From the UHGV virus genome UHGV-0067666: a stretch of DNA of 24,833 nucleotides; one strand, given 5' to 3'. The stretch comes from a virus. A program made the translations under genes and the position numbers. The notes beneath the pieces were generated by a model. It made no database searches and was not told the origin of the DNA. It saw only the letters and a program-made list of their open reading frames with translations. Shown here one piece after another: positions 1 to 8,968 of this stretch. Numbering within the stretch: position 1 is the stretch's first letter; each line of letters starts with the position of its first letter.

Positions 1-9
1 TTAGCAAGG

Positions 10-29
10 TTGTGTACATTTGTACACAA
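10..29. promoter_or_regulatory. Perfect inverted repeat TTGTGTACA-tt-TGTACACAA upstream of the TetR-family gene; candidate autoregulatory operator
   Basis: 9-bp arms with 2-bp spacer seen directly, ~20 bp upstream of the ATG at 50; TetR regulators commonly bind palindromes in their own promoters. Confidence 0.45.
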
Positions 30-49
30 TTGCAGAGAGAGGAAATGAC

Positions 50-586
50 ATGCGTCGCGCTAACGATCCGCAACGGCGAGAAAAAATTATCCAGGCCACG
101 CTGGAGGCGGTGAAACTTTACGGAATACATGCTGTTACGCACCGCAAAATTGCTACCCTTGCCGGGGTACCGTTGGGATCGATGACCTACTATTTTTCAG
201 GAATTGATGAGTTGTTGCTGGAGGCGTTCAGCAGTTTTACTGAGATTATGTCCCGGCAATATCAGGCATTTTTTAGCGATGTTAGTGATGCTCAAGGCGC
301 ATGCCAGGCTATCACCGATATGATCTACAGCTCACAGGTTGCAACGCCGGATAATATGGAGCTGATGTACCAGCTCTACGCGCTGGCTAGCCGAAAACCG
401 CTATTAAAAACGGTAATGCAAAACTGGATGCAGCGCAGTCAGCAAACGCTCGAACAATGGTTTGAACCCGGAACCGCCCGCGCGCTTGATGCGTTTATTG
501 AGGGGATGACGCTGCATTTTGTCACCGACCGTAAGCCGCTATCGCGCGAGGAGATTTTGAGGATGGTTGAGAGGGTTGCAGGGTAG
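50..586 (+). CDS. rcdA: TetR-family transcriptional regulator (host gene, RcdA/YbjK-like)
   Basis: ORF 20..586 trimmed to ATG at 50 behind GAGAGAGG RBS; N-terminal HTH region typical of TetR proteins; sequence recalled as E. coli YbjK/RcdA, symbol from memory only. Confidence 0.8.
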   Translation: MRRANDPQRREKIIQATLEAVKLYGIHAVTHRKIATLAGVPLGSMTYYFSGIDELLLEAFSSFTEIMSRQYQAFFSDVSDAQGACQAITDMIYSSQVATPDNMELMYQLYALASRKPLLKTVMQNWMQRSQQTLEQWFEPGTARALDAFIEGMTLHFVTDRKPLSREEILRMVERVAG

Positions 587-603
587 TAGATAAATTTTAG
601 ATA

Positions 604-631
604 ACAAAAAACCCATTTATGTAAATGGGTT
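604..631 (-). terminator. Rho-independent terminator on minus strand (hairpin AACCCATTTA/TAAATGGGTT followed by T-run on minus strand)
   Basis: Perfect 10-bp inverted repeat at 610..631 with A6 at 604..609 on plus strand (U-run on minus); downstream of the minus-strand 89-aa gene and integrase. Confidence 0.5.
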
Positions 632-637
632 AATGAA

Positions 638-669
638 AACAATAAGTTAGATTAAAAACAATAAGTTAG
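638..669. repeat. Direct repeat AACAATAAGTTAG x2 (638..650 and 657..669) in the host-prophage junction; candidate integrase arm or att-associated site
   Basis: Two identical 13-mers 19 bp apart seen directly, between host gene end and prophage genes. Confidence 0.4.
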
Positions 670-736
670 GTTGGTGGTCAGTGGTGGTTATTACGGGGTA
701 ATGCCAACCGCTGCCGCCACTTTGTCGCCACTTGTT

Positions 737-1006
737 TTACCTTAGACGCCAGGGGCCTCTATCTTCAATCTGTTCGACTAACCCCTCCTCTTCTAGTTCA
801 CGCAATAGTGCAACAACCCAATATTGTTGGTTCGAACTTGTTGCTTTCCGTTTTTCTCCCCAATCGAGGCCGCTTAGACGAAATACCTCAGCTTGCTTAA
901 CGCCGTTGCCGTTTTTTTGGGCATCTGGGTGAGTTTTAAGTACGGATAAAGCCAATTCTTTGGCTCTGTTGCGCAATTCCGCTCCCTGATGCTGAAACTT
1001 ATTCAT
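737..1006 (-). CDS. Hypothetical 89-aa protein downstream of integrase (possible winged-helix protein)
   Basis: ORF with GGAG RBS 9 nt upstream of ATG; co-directional with int; no family recognised with confidence. Confidence 0.55.
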   Translation of the reverse strand: MNKFQHQGAELRNRAKELALSVLKTHPDAQKNGNGVKQAEVFRLSGLDWGEKRKATSSNQQYWVVALLRELEEEGLVEQIEDRGPWRLR

Positions 1007-1064
1007 TGATAGTGCTCCATGTGAAAAAAAAGAATATTAGCTCAACAGGGCAAAATACGCATTT

Positions 1065-2096
1065 TCAAAAACTTGCTATTGATGTTGGTAGTGTTGCCAG
1101 CGGATTAAACCGTAATGCAGTTTCCAGGTGATCCGGTGCCAGATGTGCGTAACGCATAGTCATTTTTATATCGTGGTGTCCGAGAATTTTTTGTAAGGCC
1201 AGAATGTTTCCACCCGACATCATGAAGTGCGCCGCAAACGTATGGCGCAGAACGTGTGTCAGTTGACCGCGAGGGAGCACGATAGACGTTTTTTCCATCA
1301 CGGATAAAAATTGAAAATAGCAGTCTGTAAAGAAATTGAACCCATCAAGCGCCATGATCTCTTCGTAAAGCTCTTTACTGATAGGGATGCTTCTGTTTTT
1401 CTTCCCCTTCGTTCTTACAAAGGTAATTCGGTATTTGGTCACCTGTGAGCGGGTAAGATTTACGGCTTCACGCCAACGTGCGCCTGTGCTTAAGCATATC
1501 TTAACTACCAGTGCCAGAATTGGGTCCTGACGTTTGCAATCAGCCAGCAATTCAACAATCTGCTCATGGGTAAGCCATGCCATCTCTTTTTCTGCGATGG
1601 TGAATTTTCGCATGTTCTCCAGTGGGTTCGGATACGACCATTCGCCCAGACGGGATAGTTCGCTAAAAACACTACTTAGATAGCTTTGCTCCAGGTTAAT
1701 GGTGACCGGGCTTGCTCCTTTCTTCCATTTCTCGCTGAAGTAGATCTCGCCTGTCAGGCGTTTATCTCGATAGTGGGCAAACATTTTAGAGGTGAGATCG
1801 GTTGCAAGAGGATTGCCCAGAGCGTCAACCATCAACAGCAATTTGTCATAGACATGCTGCCCAGCTGTCAGAGATTTACCATGTAGTTTGAACCATAGTT
1901 CAACCACGTCTTTCAGTGTTCGACGATCCACTGATTCACCCAGCCAGGGCTTTGCTTCGGTTTCTTCCATCGTGTGGCGCTCAAAAGCCAGAGCTTCGCC
2001 TTTGGTGGCGAATTGTTTACGCACACGACGCCCACTACGTCCGGCGGGGTAACATTCGCAAAGCCATTTTCCTGTGGTGAGTTTTCGTACTGCCAT
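1065..2096 (-). CDS. int: Tyrosine site-specific integrase, P2/186 Int family
   Basis: ORF 1065..2174 trimmed to internal ATG (MAVRKLTTGKW...), matching the conserved P2-type Int N-terminus; C-terminal catalytic region with R...HxxR...Y pattern (LRHTFAAH, MRYAHL). Confidence 0.9.
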   Translation of the reverse strand: MAVRKLTTGKWLCECYPAGRSGRRVRKQFATKGEALAFERHTMEETEAKPWLGESVDRRTLKDVVELWFKLHGKSLTAGQHVYDKLLLMVDALGNPLATDLTSKMFAHYRDKRLTGEIYFSEKWKKGASPVTINLEQSYLSSVFSELSRLGEWSYPNPLENMRKFTIAEKEMAWLTHEQIVELLADCKRQDPILALVVKICLSTGARWREAVNLTRSQVTKYRITFVRTKGKKNRSIPISKELYEEIMALDGFNFFTDCYFQFLSVMEKTSIVLPRGQLTHVLRHTFAAHFMMSGGNILALQKILGHHDIKMTMRYAHLAPDHLETALRFNPLATLPTSIASF

Positions 2097-2282
2097 AAAA
2101 AATGCCCTCCAATAGAGAGCATTTTTACTGTATGTATAACCAGTGTCAATGTATGAAATCTTGCGACCATACATCTCACTGAAGCCATAATGAAGTTGGC
2201 TATTTTTTGCTATGTGAGTATGTAACTTTTGCGGTTAGCCTGCGGCTCATTGTTATATTAGGCGCAGATATAAAAGCAAAGT

Positions 2283-2474
2283 TTATCGTGATTTTTTAGT
2301 ACAGATTTTTTTGGATTTACTAATAGTTCCATCATTGCAAACAAATTTTCCATCGGAGGTACAGTGAGATACACCACCCTTTTTCCCAGAACAAGGATAA
2401 TTTTTAGCATAGGTAGTTAGTGGGCTTAATAACAAAGAGCATGATAAAACCACAAAAAATACTTTACCAAGCAT
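2283..2474 (-). CDS. Small secreted cationic cysteine-containing peptide (signal peptide plus ~40-aa Lys-rich mature region with 4 Cys)
   Basis: GGAGG RBS 8 nt upstream of ATG; N-terminal hydrophobic signal with AxA-like site (TYA-KN); AT-rich codon usage; lies between cI and int. Confidence 0.6.
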   Translation of the reverse strand: MLGKVFFVVLSCSLLLSPLTTYAKNYPCSGKKGGVSHCTSDGKFVCNDGTISKSKKICTKKSR

Positions 2475-2489
2475 AGTTTCCTCCCGGTA

Positions 2490-3059
2490 TTATCTAACAT
2501 ATTTAACTGTTAAACTTATAATTTTTCCAATTATTTCAACATCTTCTATCTTGCAGTCGAAGGCTCTGTTTCCACCTTCAACGAAGATTCTTCCACCGGG
2601 TAAACGAGTAATGTCGCGGATTGTTATCTCGCCATCAATACTTATTACCCATTTACCATCACGTATATCATCAAATTCTTTATCACAAATAAATTCAGAA
2701 TTGTTATCTGTGATGACAAAAGGTTTTTTAAACGTAGAGGGTAGAAATCCCTTATCAAAAATATAAAAACCGTCTTCACGCAAGGCACCATCAGATAATA
2801 CATATTTAGCAACTTCCATAGTATTTGTATTACCTGAAGTTTGCTTTGAACCATGTCCAGTTGTGAGCCAATTAAGCGAGGTGCCCGTTTCAAGGGCGCA
2901 CTGGATTACCCATTCTGCTGGGAATGAGTCACGCATGTAGCGTGTGGCGAGTGTACTTTTAGAGATTCCTAAATGATCGCACAACGCCTGTCGAGTTTTG
3001 AATCCATAAGCTTCTACCATGCGCTCTATAGCGCCTCGTCCGCCTTTCTCCAAATTCAT
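2490..3059 (-). CDS. cI: Prophage repressor, phage 186 CI-like (N-terminal HTH, C-terminal oligomerisation domain)
   Basis: ATG at 3059 behind GGAG RBS; ~190 aa, HTH segment TRQALCDHLGISKSTLATRY; position between int and a divergent apl-like gene as in 186. Confidence 0.75.
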   Translation of the reverse strand: MNLEKGGRGAIERMVEAYGFKTRQALCDHLGISKSTLATRYMRDSFPAEWVIQCALETGTSLNWLTTGHGSKQTSGNTNTMEVAKYVLSDGALREDGFYIFDKGFLPSTFKKPFVITDNNSEFICDKEFDDIRDGKWVISIDGEITIRDITRLPGGRIFVEGGNRAFDCKIEDVEIIGKIISLTVKYVR

Positions 3060-3083
3060 GGTCACTCCAAGTGAACTTTTATC

Positions 3084-3112
3084 TTGACGATTTCACTGTG
3101 CGATCGTATGTT
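3084..3112 (+). promoter_or_regulatory. Putative rightward early promoter (TTGACG -17 bp- TATGTT) in the cI/apl divergent region
   Basis: Sigma70-like hexamers with 17-bp spacer seen directly; lies between the divergent repressor and excisionase-like genes. Confidence 0.35.
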
Positions 3113-3184
3113 TATGATGTTCACAAAATACAAACGATCCGTATTCGTCCTGATTAATCATCATTAAACGAGGAATGTTGCATC

Positions 3185-3406
3185 ATGAGACCTAACATTT
3201 CAATCACTCTTACCACGCCTCATGTGACTATTGAACGCTATAGCGAGCTGACAGGGCTGTCCATCGATACCATCAATGACATGTTGGCTGACGGACGCCT
3301 TATCCGTCACCGTCTGCGCAAAGATAAAAAACGCGAAAAAGTGATGATCAACATAGCAGCCATGACCGTTGATGCGCTTTCAGAATGCAATCTAAACCTT
3401 AATTAG
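3185..3406 (+). CDS. apl: Small HTH DNA-binding protein, Apl/Cox-like excisionase/repressor of lysogenic promoter
   Basis: 73-aa ORF divergent from cI, first gene of the rightward operon; HTH-like segment [18 protein letters not shown]; symbol assigned by position. Confidence 0.55.
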   Translation: MRPNISITLTTPHVTIERYSELTGLSIDTINDMLADGRLIRHRLRKDKKREKVMINIAAMTVDALSECNLNLN

Positions 3407-3438
3407 TTCGATTCTGAAATACATCAGAGGCATTGACC

Positions 3439-3948
3439 ATGTTTGATTACCAAGTTTCCAAACATCCACATTTTGATGAAGCCTGTCGTGCATTCGCACT
3501 GCGCCACAACCTGGTGCAACTGGCAGAACGTGCAGGCATGAATGTGCAGATTCTGCGGAACAAGCTGAACCCAGCTCAACCTCATTTATTAACCGCACCA
3601 GACATCTGGCTGCTTACCGATCTGACTGAGGACTCAACACTGGTAGATGGTTTTCTGGCACAGATTCATTGTCTGCCATGTGTTCCGATTAATGAGGTGG
3701 CAAAAGAGAAACTGCCGCATTACGTCATGAGTGCAACTGCAGAGATAGGACGTGTCGCGGCAGGTGCGGTTTCTGGCGATGTAAAAACCAGTGCAGGCCG
3801 TCGTGATGCGATCAGCAGCATTAACTCTGTAACACGACTGATGGCGCTGGCTGCTGTTTCATTGCAGGCCCGTTTACAGGCTAATCCTGCGATGGCGAGT
3901 GCAGTTGATACCGTGACTGGCCTCGGTGCTTCATTCGGTTTGCTGTGA
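3439..3948 (+). CDS. cII: CII-like lysogeny establishment activator (186 CII-like)
   Basis: ATG at 3439 behind AGAGG RBS; 169 aa; HTH near N-terminus; position directly after apl as in 186. Confidence 0.65.
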   Translation: MFDYQVSKHPHFDEACRAFALRHNLVQLAERAGMNVQILRNKLNPAQPHLLTAPDIWLLTDLTEDSTLVDGFLAQIHCLPCVPINEVAKEKLPHYVMSATAEIGRVAAGAVSGDVKTSAGRRDAISSINSVTRLMALAAVSLQARLQANPAMASAVDTVTGLGASFGLL

Positions 3949-3955
3949 GGTGCTT

Positions 3956-4156
3956 ATGCTGACGAAAGAACCATCATTTGCATCGCTGCTGGTAAAACAA
4001 AGTCCGGCAATGCACTACGGTCACGGCTGGATCATGGGGGAGGATGGTAAACGCTGGCATCCGTGCCGTTCACAAGATGAATTGCTGGCAGAACTATCTA
4101 CGAAAAAACGGGGGAACAAATGGCTATTGAAGGCGCTGCGGCGACTGTTCCATTAA
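3956..4156 (+). CDS. Small early protein (Fil-position ORF)
   Basis: ATG at 3956 preceded by GAGG; ORF 3926..4156 in the track; function unknown. Confidence 0.4.
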   Translation: MLTKEPSFASLLVKQSPAMHYGHGWIMGEDGKRWHPCRSQDELLAELSTKKRGNKWLLKALRRLFH

Positions 4157-4461
4157 GCCCCGGTGAACGCCTGAGTGGACTTAATCACATAGCGGAATTA
4201 AGGGCAAAAGTTTTTGGCCTGAATATTGAGTCAGAGCTTGAGCGGTTTATTAAAGATATGCGTGATCCACGGGATATCAATAATGAACAAAATAAACGGG
4301 CACTGGCTGCTATATTCTTTATGGCAAAAATTCCGGCTGAACGTCATAGCATCAGCATTAATGAGCTGACCACTGACGAAAAGCGGGAGCTGATTAAAGC
4401 AATGAATCATTTTCGTGCAGTGGTGAGCTTATTTCCCAGACGGCTAACCATGCCGAATTAA
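4120..4461 (+). CDS. Hypothetical early protein, 113 aa
   Basis: ORF with ATG start, overlaps the 3' end of the previous ORF in another frame; no recognisable motif. Confidence 0.4.
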   Translation: MAIEGAAATVPLSPGERLSGLNHIAELRAKVFGLNIESELERFIKDMRDPRDINNEQNKRALAAIFFMAKIPAERHSISINELTTDEKRELIKAMNHFRAVVSLFPRRLTMPN

Positions 4462-4528
4462 CCAACTAATGAAATTAATGGCGTAAACCCGCCGGGCATC
4501 CCTTTATCTAAATTCAGGAGAATTGATT

Positions 4529-4762
4529 ATGCGTAATATTGAAACCCTCACGACTAAAACCGGACCGGATGACGCAGGGCTTAATATTTTACTGACAGAG
4601 GCTCGTCTGGAAGAACGCCGGGCAAGGGCTGAAGCAATGGCAGCTCGCCTTGATCGCCTGGCGTGTCATATCACATCCCGCCAGCTAAACCACGTCGAAG
4701 CGGCAGAACTGCTGCGTGTGACCGCTGAAGCAATCCAGAACGAAGCGCAGGAGATCCACTAA
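4529..4762 (+). CDS. Hypothetical early protein, 77 aa
   Basis: ATG at 4529 with AGGAG RBS 8 nt upstream; stop overlaps start of next gene (TAATG). Confidence 0.5.
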   Translation: MRNIETLTTKTGPDDAGLNILLTEARLEERRARAEAMAARLDRLACHITSRQLNHVEAAELLRVTAEAIQNEAQEIH

Positions 4763-4989
4763 TGGCTGATGCAATGGATCTCGTACAGCAGCGCGTTGAA
4801 GAAGAACGCCAGCGCCATATCCGTGCTGCCCGTGCCAAAACACCGGGCGTGTCTCGCGTGCTTTGTATTGAATGTGAAGCGCCAATTCCGCCAGCACGCC
4901 GCCGCGCCATTCTAGGAGTGCAGCTTTGCATTACCTGCCAGGAAATCGCAGAGCTGAAAGGTAAACATTACAACGGAGGTGCTGTATGA
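4762..4989 (+). CDS. TraR/DksA-family C4 zinc-finger protein
   Basis: CIECEAP...(17 aa)...CITCQ pattern (CxxC-x17-CxxC) in a 75-aa protein; translationally coupled to flanking genes. Confidence 0.7.
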   Translation: MADAMDLVQQRVEEERQRHIRAARAKTPGVSRVLCIECEAPIPPARRRAILGVQLCITCQEIAELKGKHYNGGAV

Positions 4990-5843
4990 GCACCATCCTG
5001 AAATGGGCGGGAAATAAAACCGCCATTATGTCCGAACTGAAAAAATACCTTCCTGCTGGCCCGCGACTGGTTGAACCTTTCGCGGGTTCTTGTGCTGTGA
5101 TGATGGCGACGGATTACCCCAGCTATCTGGTTGCGGATATTAATCCTGATTTAATCAACCTCTATAAAAAGATTGCCGCTGATTGCGAAGCGTTTATATC
5201 TCGTGCCAGAGTTTTATTTGAGGAAGCAAACAGTGAGCTGGCTTATTACAACATAAGACAGGAGTTTAATTACTCAACTGAAATTACTGATTTCATGAAG
5301 GCGATATATTTCCTGTATCTCAATCGTCACGGTTACCGTGGTTTATGTCGCTATAACAAGAGCGGGCATTTCAACATTCCCTACGGTAATTATAAAAATC
5401 CGTATTTCCCTGAAAAAGAAATTCGCGCATTTGCAGAGAAAGCCCCGCGGGCAACGTTTATCTGCGCGAGCTTTGATGAAACGCTGGCGATGTTGAAGGC
5501 GCGGGATGTGGTGTATTGCGATCCGCCTTATGACGGTACGTTTTCCGGCTATCACACTGATGGTTTCACTGAAGATGACCAGTATCACCTGGCATCCGTT
5601 CTTGAACATCGAGCATCTGAAGGACATCCGGTCATTGTTTCTAACAGTGACACATCCCTGATCCGTTCGCTGTATCGCAATTTCACTCACCACTACATCA
5701 AGGCAAAACGCAGCATCGGCGTGTCGGCTGGCGAGAGTAAATCTGCAACAGAAATCATTGCTGTTTCCGGGGCGCGCTGCTGGGTGGGATTTGATCCTTC
5801 GCGTGGCGTGGATAGTTCTGCTGTGTACGAGGTGCGTGTATGA
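4986..5843 (+). CDS. dam: DNA adenine methyltransferase, Dam-like (orphan N6-adenine MTase)
   Basis: N-terminal KWAGNK and EPFAGS motifs (AdoMet binding), catalytic DPPY motif; ATGA overlaps with both neighbours. Confidence 0.9.
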   Translation: MSTILKWAGNKTAIMSELKKYLPAGPRLVEPFAGSCAVMMATDYPSYLVADINPDLINLYKKIAADCEAFISRARVLFEEANSELAYYNIRQEFNYSTEITDFMKAIYFLYLNRHGYRGLCRYNKSGHFNIPYGNYKNPYFPEKEIRAFAEKAPRATFICASFDETLAMLKARDVVYCDPPYDGTFSGYHTDGFTEDDQYHLASVLEHRASEGHPVIVSNSDTSLIRSLYRNFTHHYIKAKRSIGVSAGESKSATEIIAVSGARCWVGFDPSRGVDSSAVYEVRV

Positions 5844-8260
5844 GTCATGCCGATATGAGCGACTCTAGCGGCTTTAACGAGGCCGCTGCAGCATTTTCAT
5901 GGAACGGCCCGAAAAAGGCCATTAACCCTTATCTGGACCCGGCGGAAGTTGCGCCGGTTTCTGCGCTTTCAAACCTGATCACTCTGTACGCTACCGATAA
6001 CGAGCAGGAACAACTGCGCCGCGAGGCACTGAGTGATCAGGTCTGGGAGCGTTATTTCTTTAATGAATCCCGTGATCCTGTCCAGCGCGAAATGGAGCAG
6101 GATAAGCTCATTAGCCGGGCAAAGTTGGCGCATGAGCAGCAGCGTTTTAACCCGGACATGGTCATTCTGGCAGACGTCAGCGCCCAGCCCTCCCATATCA
6201 GCAAGCCGCTGATGCAACGTATTGAATACTTCAGCAGCCTGGGCAGGCCAAAGGCTTATTCCCGCTATTTACGTGAGACGATTAAGCCATGTCTGGAACG
6301 ACTGGAGCATGTACGCGACAGCCAGCTATCTGCATCTTTTCGTTTTATGGCAAGCCATGTAGGGCTGGACGGCCTGCTGATTCTGCCTGAAATGAGTCAG
6401 GATCAGGTGAAACGCCTGTCTACCCTTGTCGCTGCGCATATGAGCATGTGCCTTGACGCAGCTTGTGGTGATTTGTATGCCACCGATGACGTTAAGCCAG
6501 AAGAAATCCGCAAGACATGGGAAAAGGTGGCAGCGGAAACCCTGCGTCTGGATGTCATCCCGCCTGCGTTTGAGCAACTCCGTCGGAAAAGAAACCGCCG
6601 TAAACCCGTGCCCTATGAACTCATTCCGGGTTCGCTGGCGCGTATGTTGTGCGCCGACTGGTGGTACCGGAAATTATGGAAAATGCGTTGCGAATGGCGG
6701 GAAGAGCAGTTGCGTGCTGTCTGCCTGGTCAGCAAAAAAGCATCTCCCTATGTCAGCTATGAAGCCGTGATGCATAAACGTGAGCAGCGCCGCAAGTCAC
6801 TGGAGTTTTTCCGTTCTCATGAACTGGTGAACGAAGAGGGCGACACGCTGGATATGGAAGACGTGGTAAACGCCAGCAGCAGCAACCCGGCGCACCGCCG
6901 CAATGAGATGATGGCCTGTGTTAAAGGTCTGGAGCTTATCGCGGAAATGCGCGGTGACTGCGCCGTTTTCTACACCATTACCTGTCCGTCACGTTTCCAT
7001 TCTACGCTCAATAACGGCAGACCAAACCCAACCTGGACAAATGCGACGGTAAGACAAAGCAGCGATTATCTGGTCGGCATGTTTGCTGCATTTCGTAAGG
7101 CGATGCACAAAGCCGGGTTGCGCTGGTATGGCGTGCGGGTGGCTGAGCCGCATCATGACGGTACAGTTCACTGGCACCTGTTGTGTTTCATGCGCAAAAA
7201 AGACCGCCGCGCCATTACTGCATTGTTGCGTAAGTTTGCCATCCGTGAAGACCGCGAGGAACTGGGTAATAACACTGGTCCACGCTTTAAATCTGAGCTG
7301 ATAAACCCGCGCAAAGGTACGCCAACAAGCTACATCGCGAAATACATCAGTAAGAACATTGACGGGCGTGGTCTGGCTGGCGAGATCAGCAAGGAAACGG
7401 GTAAATCCCTGCGTGATAACGCTGAATACGTTAATGCCTGGGCGTCTCTGCATCGTGTTCAGCAATTCCGCTTCTTTGGCATTCCGGGGCGTCAGGCTTA
7501 CCGTGAACTGCGATTGCTGGCTGGTCAGGCGGCAAGGCAGCAGGGTGACAAAAAAGTAGGTGCGCCGGTACTGGATAACCCGCGCCTTGATGCAATCCTG
7601 GCTGCTGCTGATGCTGGTTGTTTTGCCACCTACATCATGAAGCAGGGCGGCGTACTGGTTCCCCGCAAATATCACCTCATCAGAACTGCTTATGAAATCA
7701 ACGAAGAGCCGACCGCCTATGGCGATCACGGTATTCGTATTTATGGCATCTGGTCACCCATTGCAGAGGGCAAGATCTGCACTCATGCGGTGAAGTGGAA
7801 AATGGTTCGTAAGGCCGTTGACGTTCAGGAGGCGGCAGCCGACCAGGGCGCTTGCGCCCCTTGGACTCGGACTCGTGGCAATAACTGTCCCCTTGCTGAA
7901 AATTTGAACCAACAAGGGAAAGACAAATCAGCTGATGGGGATACCAGAACGGATATCACCCGCATGGATGACAAGGAGTTGCACGATTACCTGCACAGTA
8001 TGAGCAAAAAAGAGCGCCGGGAACTGGCAGCAAGATTACGCCTGGTTAAACCGAAACGGCGTAAAGACTACAAACAGCGAATTACAGAGTATCAGCGTCA
8101 GCAGCTCGTCTATGAACTGAAGTCCAGAGGATTTGATGGCAGCGAGAAAGAGGTCGATTTGCTCCTTCGCGGTGGCAGTATTCCGTCAGGAGCAGGCCTG
8201 CGTATCTTCTATCGGAACCAGCGTTTGCAGGAAGATGATAAGTGGCGGAACCTGTATTAA
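5840..8260 (+). CDS. A: Replication initiation protein A (rolling-circle nicking endonuclease, P2 gpA family)
   Basis: 806 aa; HWHLL metal-binding motif and YIAKYISKN tyrosine motif typical of P2 A-type initiators; position after early operon. Confidence 0.9.
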   Translation: MSHADMSDSSGFNEAAAAFSWNGPKKAINPYLDPAEVAPVSALSNLITLYATDNEQEQLRREALSDQVWERYFFNESRDPVQREMEQDKLISRAKLAHEQQRFNPDMVILADVSAQPSHISKPLMQRIEYFSSLGRPKAYSRYLRETIKPCLERLEHVRDSQLSASFRFMASHVGLDGLLILPEMSQDQVKRLSTLVAAHMSMCLDAACGDLYATDDVKPEEIRKTWEKVAAETLRLDVIPPAFEQLRRKRNRRKPVPYELIPGSLARMLCADWWYRKLWKMRCEWREEQLRAVCLVSKKASPYVSYEAVMHKREQRRKSLEFFRSHELVNEEGDTLDMEDVVNASSSNPAHRRNEMMACVKGLELIAEMRGDCAVFYTITCPSRFHSTLNNGRPNPTWTNATVRQSSDYLVGMFAAFRKAMHKAGLRWYGVRVAEPHHDGTVHWHLLCFMRKKDRRAITALLRKFAIREDREELGNNTGPRFKSELINPRKGTPTSYIAKYISKNIDGRGLAGEISKETGKSLRDNAEYVNAWASLHRVQQFRFFGIPGRQAYRELRLLAGQAARQQGDKKVGAPVLDNPRLDAILAAADAGCFATYIMKQGGVLVPRKYHLIRTAYEINEEPTAYGDHGIRIYGIWSPIAEGKICTHAVKWKMVRKAVDVQEAAADQGACAPWTRTRGNNCPLAENLNQQGKDKSADGDTRTDITRMDDKELHDYLHSMSKKERRELAARLRLVKPKRRKDYKQRITEYQRQQLVYELKSRGFDGSEKEVDLLLRGGSIPSGAGLRIFYRNQRLQEDDKWRNLY

Positions 8261-8352
8261 TCACGCGGGTTAACAATCCGTGCTCTTAATAATACCAGGC
8301 ATATCAGGCTGATGAACGTAAAAAAACGTTTTACATCAGTAAGATTATTATA

Positions 8353-8372
8353 TACTGTAAATATAAACAGTG
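8353..8372. promoter_or_regulatory. LexA (SOS) box TACTGTAAATATAAACAGTG
   Basis: CTG-N10-CAG with AT-rich centre, 17/20 match to consensus TACTGTATATATATACAGTA; overlaps a TATACT -10-like hexamer; sits ~40 bp upstream of the small ORF at 8414. Confidence 0.6.
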
Positions 8373-8413
8373 ATTATATATACAGTATTTCTTGTGGTGT
8401 CATAGGAGGAAAG

Positions 8414-8602
8414 ATGCAGGACTATTTTTTGGAGTCTTTGAAGCTCCAGCGCATTGATTTTTTTCTTAAGCTTGTAGCGGCTAGTGAGTGTAGTGATGAA
8501 GAGAAGGGGCTGGCTTTGCAGTGGGTTTCTGAACTAACAGATGAACTCATGGCAAAAATCAGAACCCACGAATACAACCGCTCAATGGATGTCATCAGTT
8601 GA
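8414..8602 (+). CDS. Small LexA-controlled protein (62 aa), candidate antirepressor (Tum-position gene)
   Basis: ATG at 8414 with AGGAGGA RBS; the longer TTG-initiated ORF 8312..8602 would include the promoter and LexA box. Confidence 0.5.
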   Translation: MQDYFLESLKLQRIDFFLKLVAASECSDEEKGLALQWVSELTDELMAKIRTHEYNRSMDVIS

Positions 8603-8612
8603 GGTGACTTTT

Positions 8613-8846
8613 ATGCGCATTGAAATAATGATCGATAAAGAGCAGAAGATTAGCCAGTCTACCCTGGACGCCCTTGAATCCGAGCTTTACCGTAATCTGC
8701 GCCCCCTGTATCCCAAAACGGTAATTCGTATCCGCAAAGGTAGCTCTAACGGTGTGGAACTGACCGGACTGCAACTGGACGAAGAAAGGAAGCAAGTGAT
8801 GAAAATTATGCAGAAGGTGTGGGAAGACGACAGCTGGCTGCATTAA
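8613..8846 (+). CDS. dinI: DinI-family protein (DNA-damage-inducible protein I homologue)
   Basis: 77 aa beginning MRIEIMIDKEQ with conserved DALESEL and C-terminal acidic W-containing tail, closely paralleling E. coli DinI (MRIEVTIAK...DALAGEL...WESADDWF); GAGG RBS. Confidence 0.8.
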   Translation: MRIEIMIDKEQKISQSTLDALESELYRNLRPLYPKTVIRIRKGSSNGVELTGLQLDEERKQVMKIMQKVWEDDSWLH

Positions 8847-8918
8847 GAAACGTTGCTGGCGTCTGAACTTGCTTCTGGCGTCAGCAAGGTTGAACAACGA
8901 GCTGTGCGAGGCGTTAGT

Positions 8919-8933
8919 TGATATAGTATCAAT
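8919..8933. promoter_or_regulatory. Perfect palindrome TTGATA-tag-TATCAA upstream of HNH gene; candidate operator or promoter element
   Basis: Seen directly, ~35 bp upstream of the ATG at 8969. Confidence 0.3.
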
Positions 8934-8968
8934 ATATAAAAGGTTTCTCGAAGTTTTAAGGTAAGGTT

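Noticed and set aside
732-932. 66-aa ORF on plus strand
   Set aside because: Antisense overlap with the better-supported 89-aa minus-strand gene (which has an RBS); Ser/Pro-rich low-complexity translation.
1065-2174. Long form of the integrase ORF starting at 2174
   Set aside because: The 26-codon extension lacks an RBS and precedes the conserved P2-type Int N-terminus; internal ATG at 2096 preferred.
6989-7729. 246-aa ORF on minus strand
   Set aside because: Antisense within replication gene A; no independent support.
8312-8413. N-terminal extension of the small ORF from a TTG start
   Set aside because: Would place the LexA box and promoter inside the coding region; the ATG at 8414 has a strong AGGAGGA RBS.
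8851-8890. Possible terminator after the DinI homologue (direct repeat CTGGCGTC x2 with weak hairpin)
   Set aside because: Stem is short and no T-run follows; not convincing as an intrinsic terminator.
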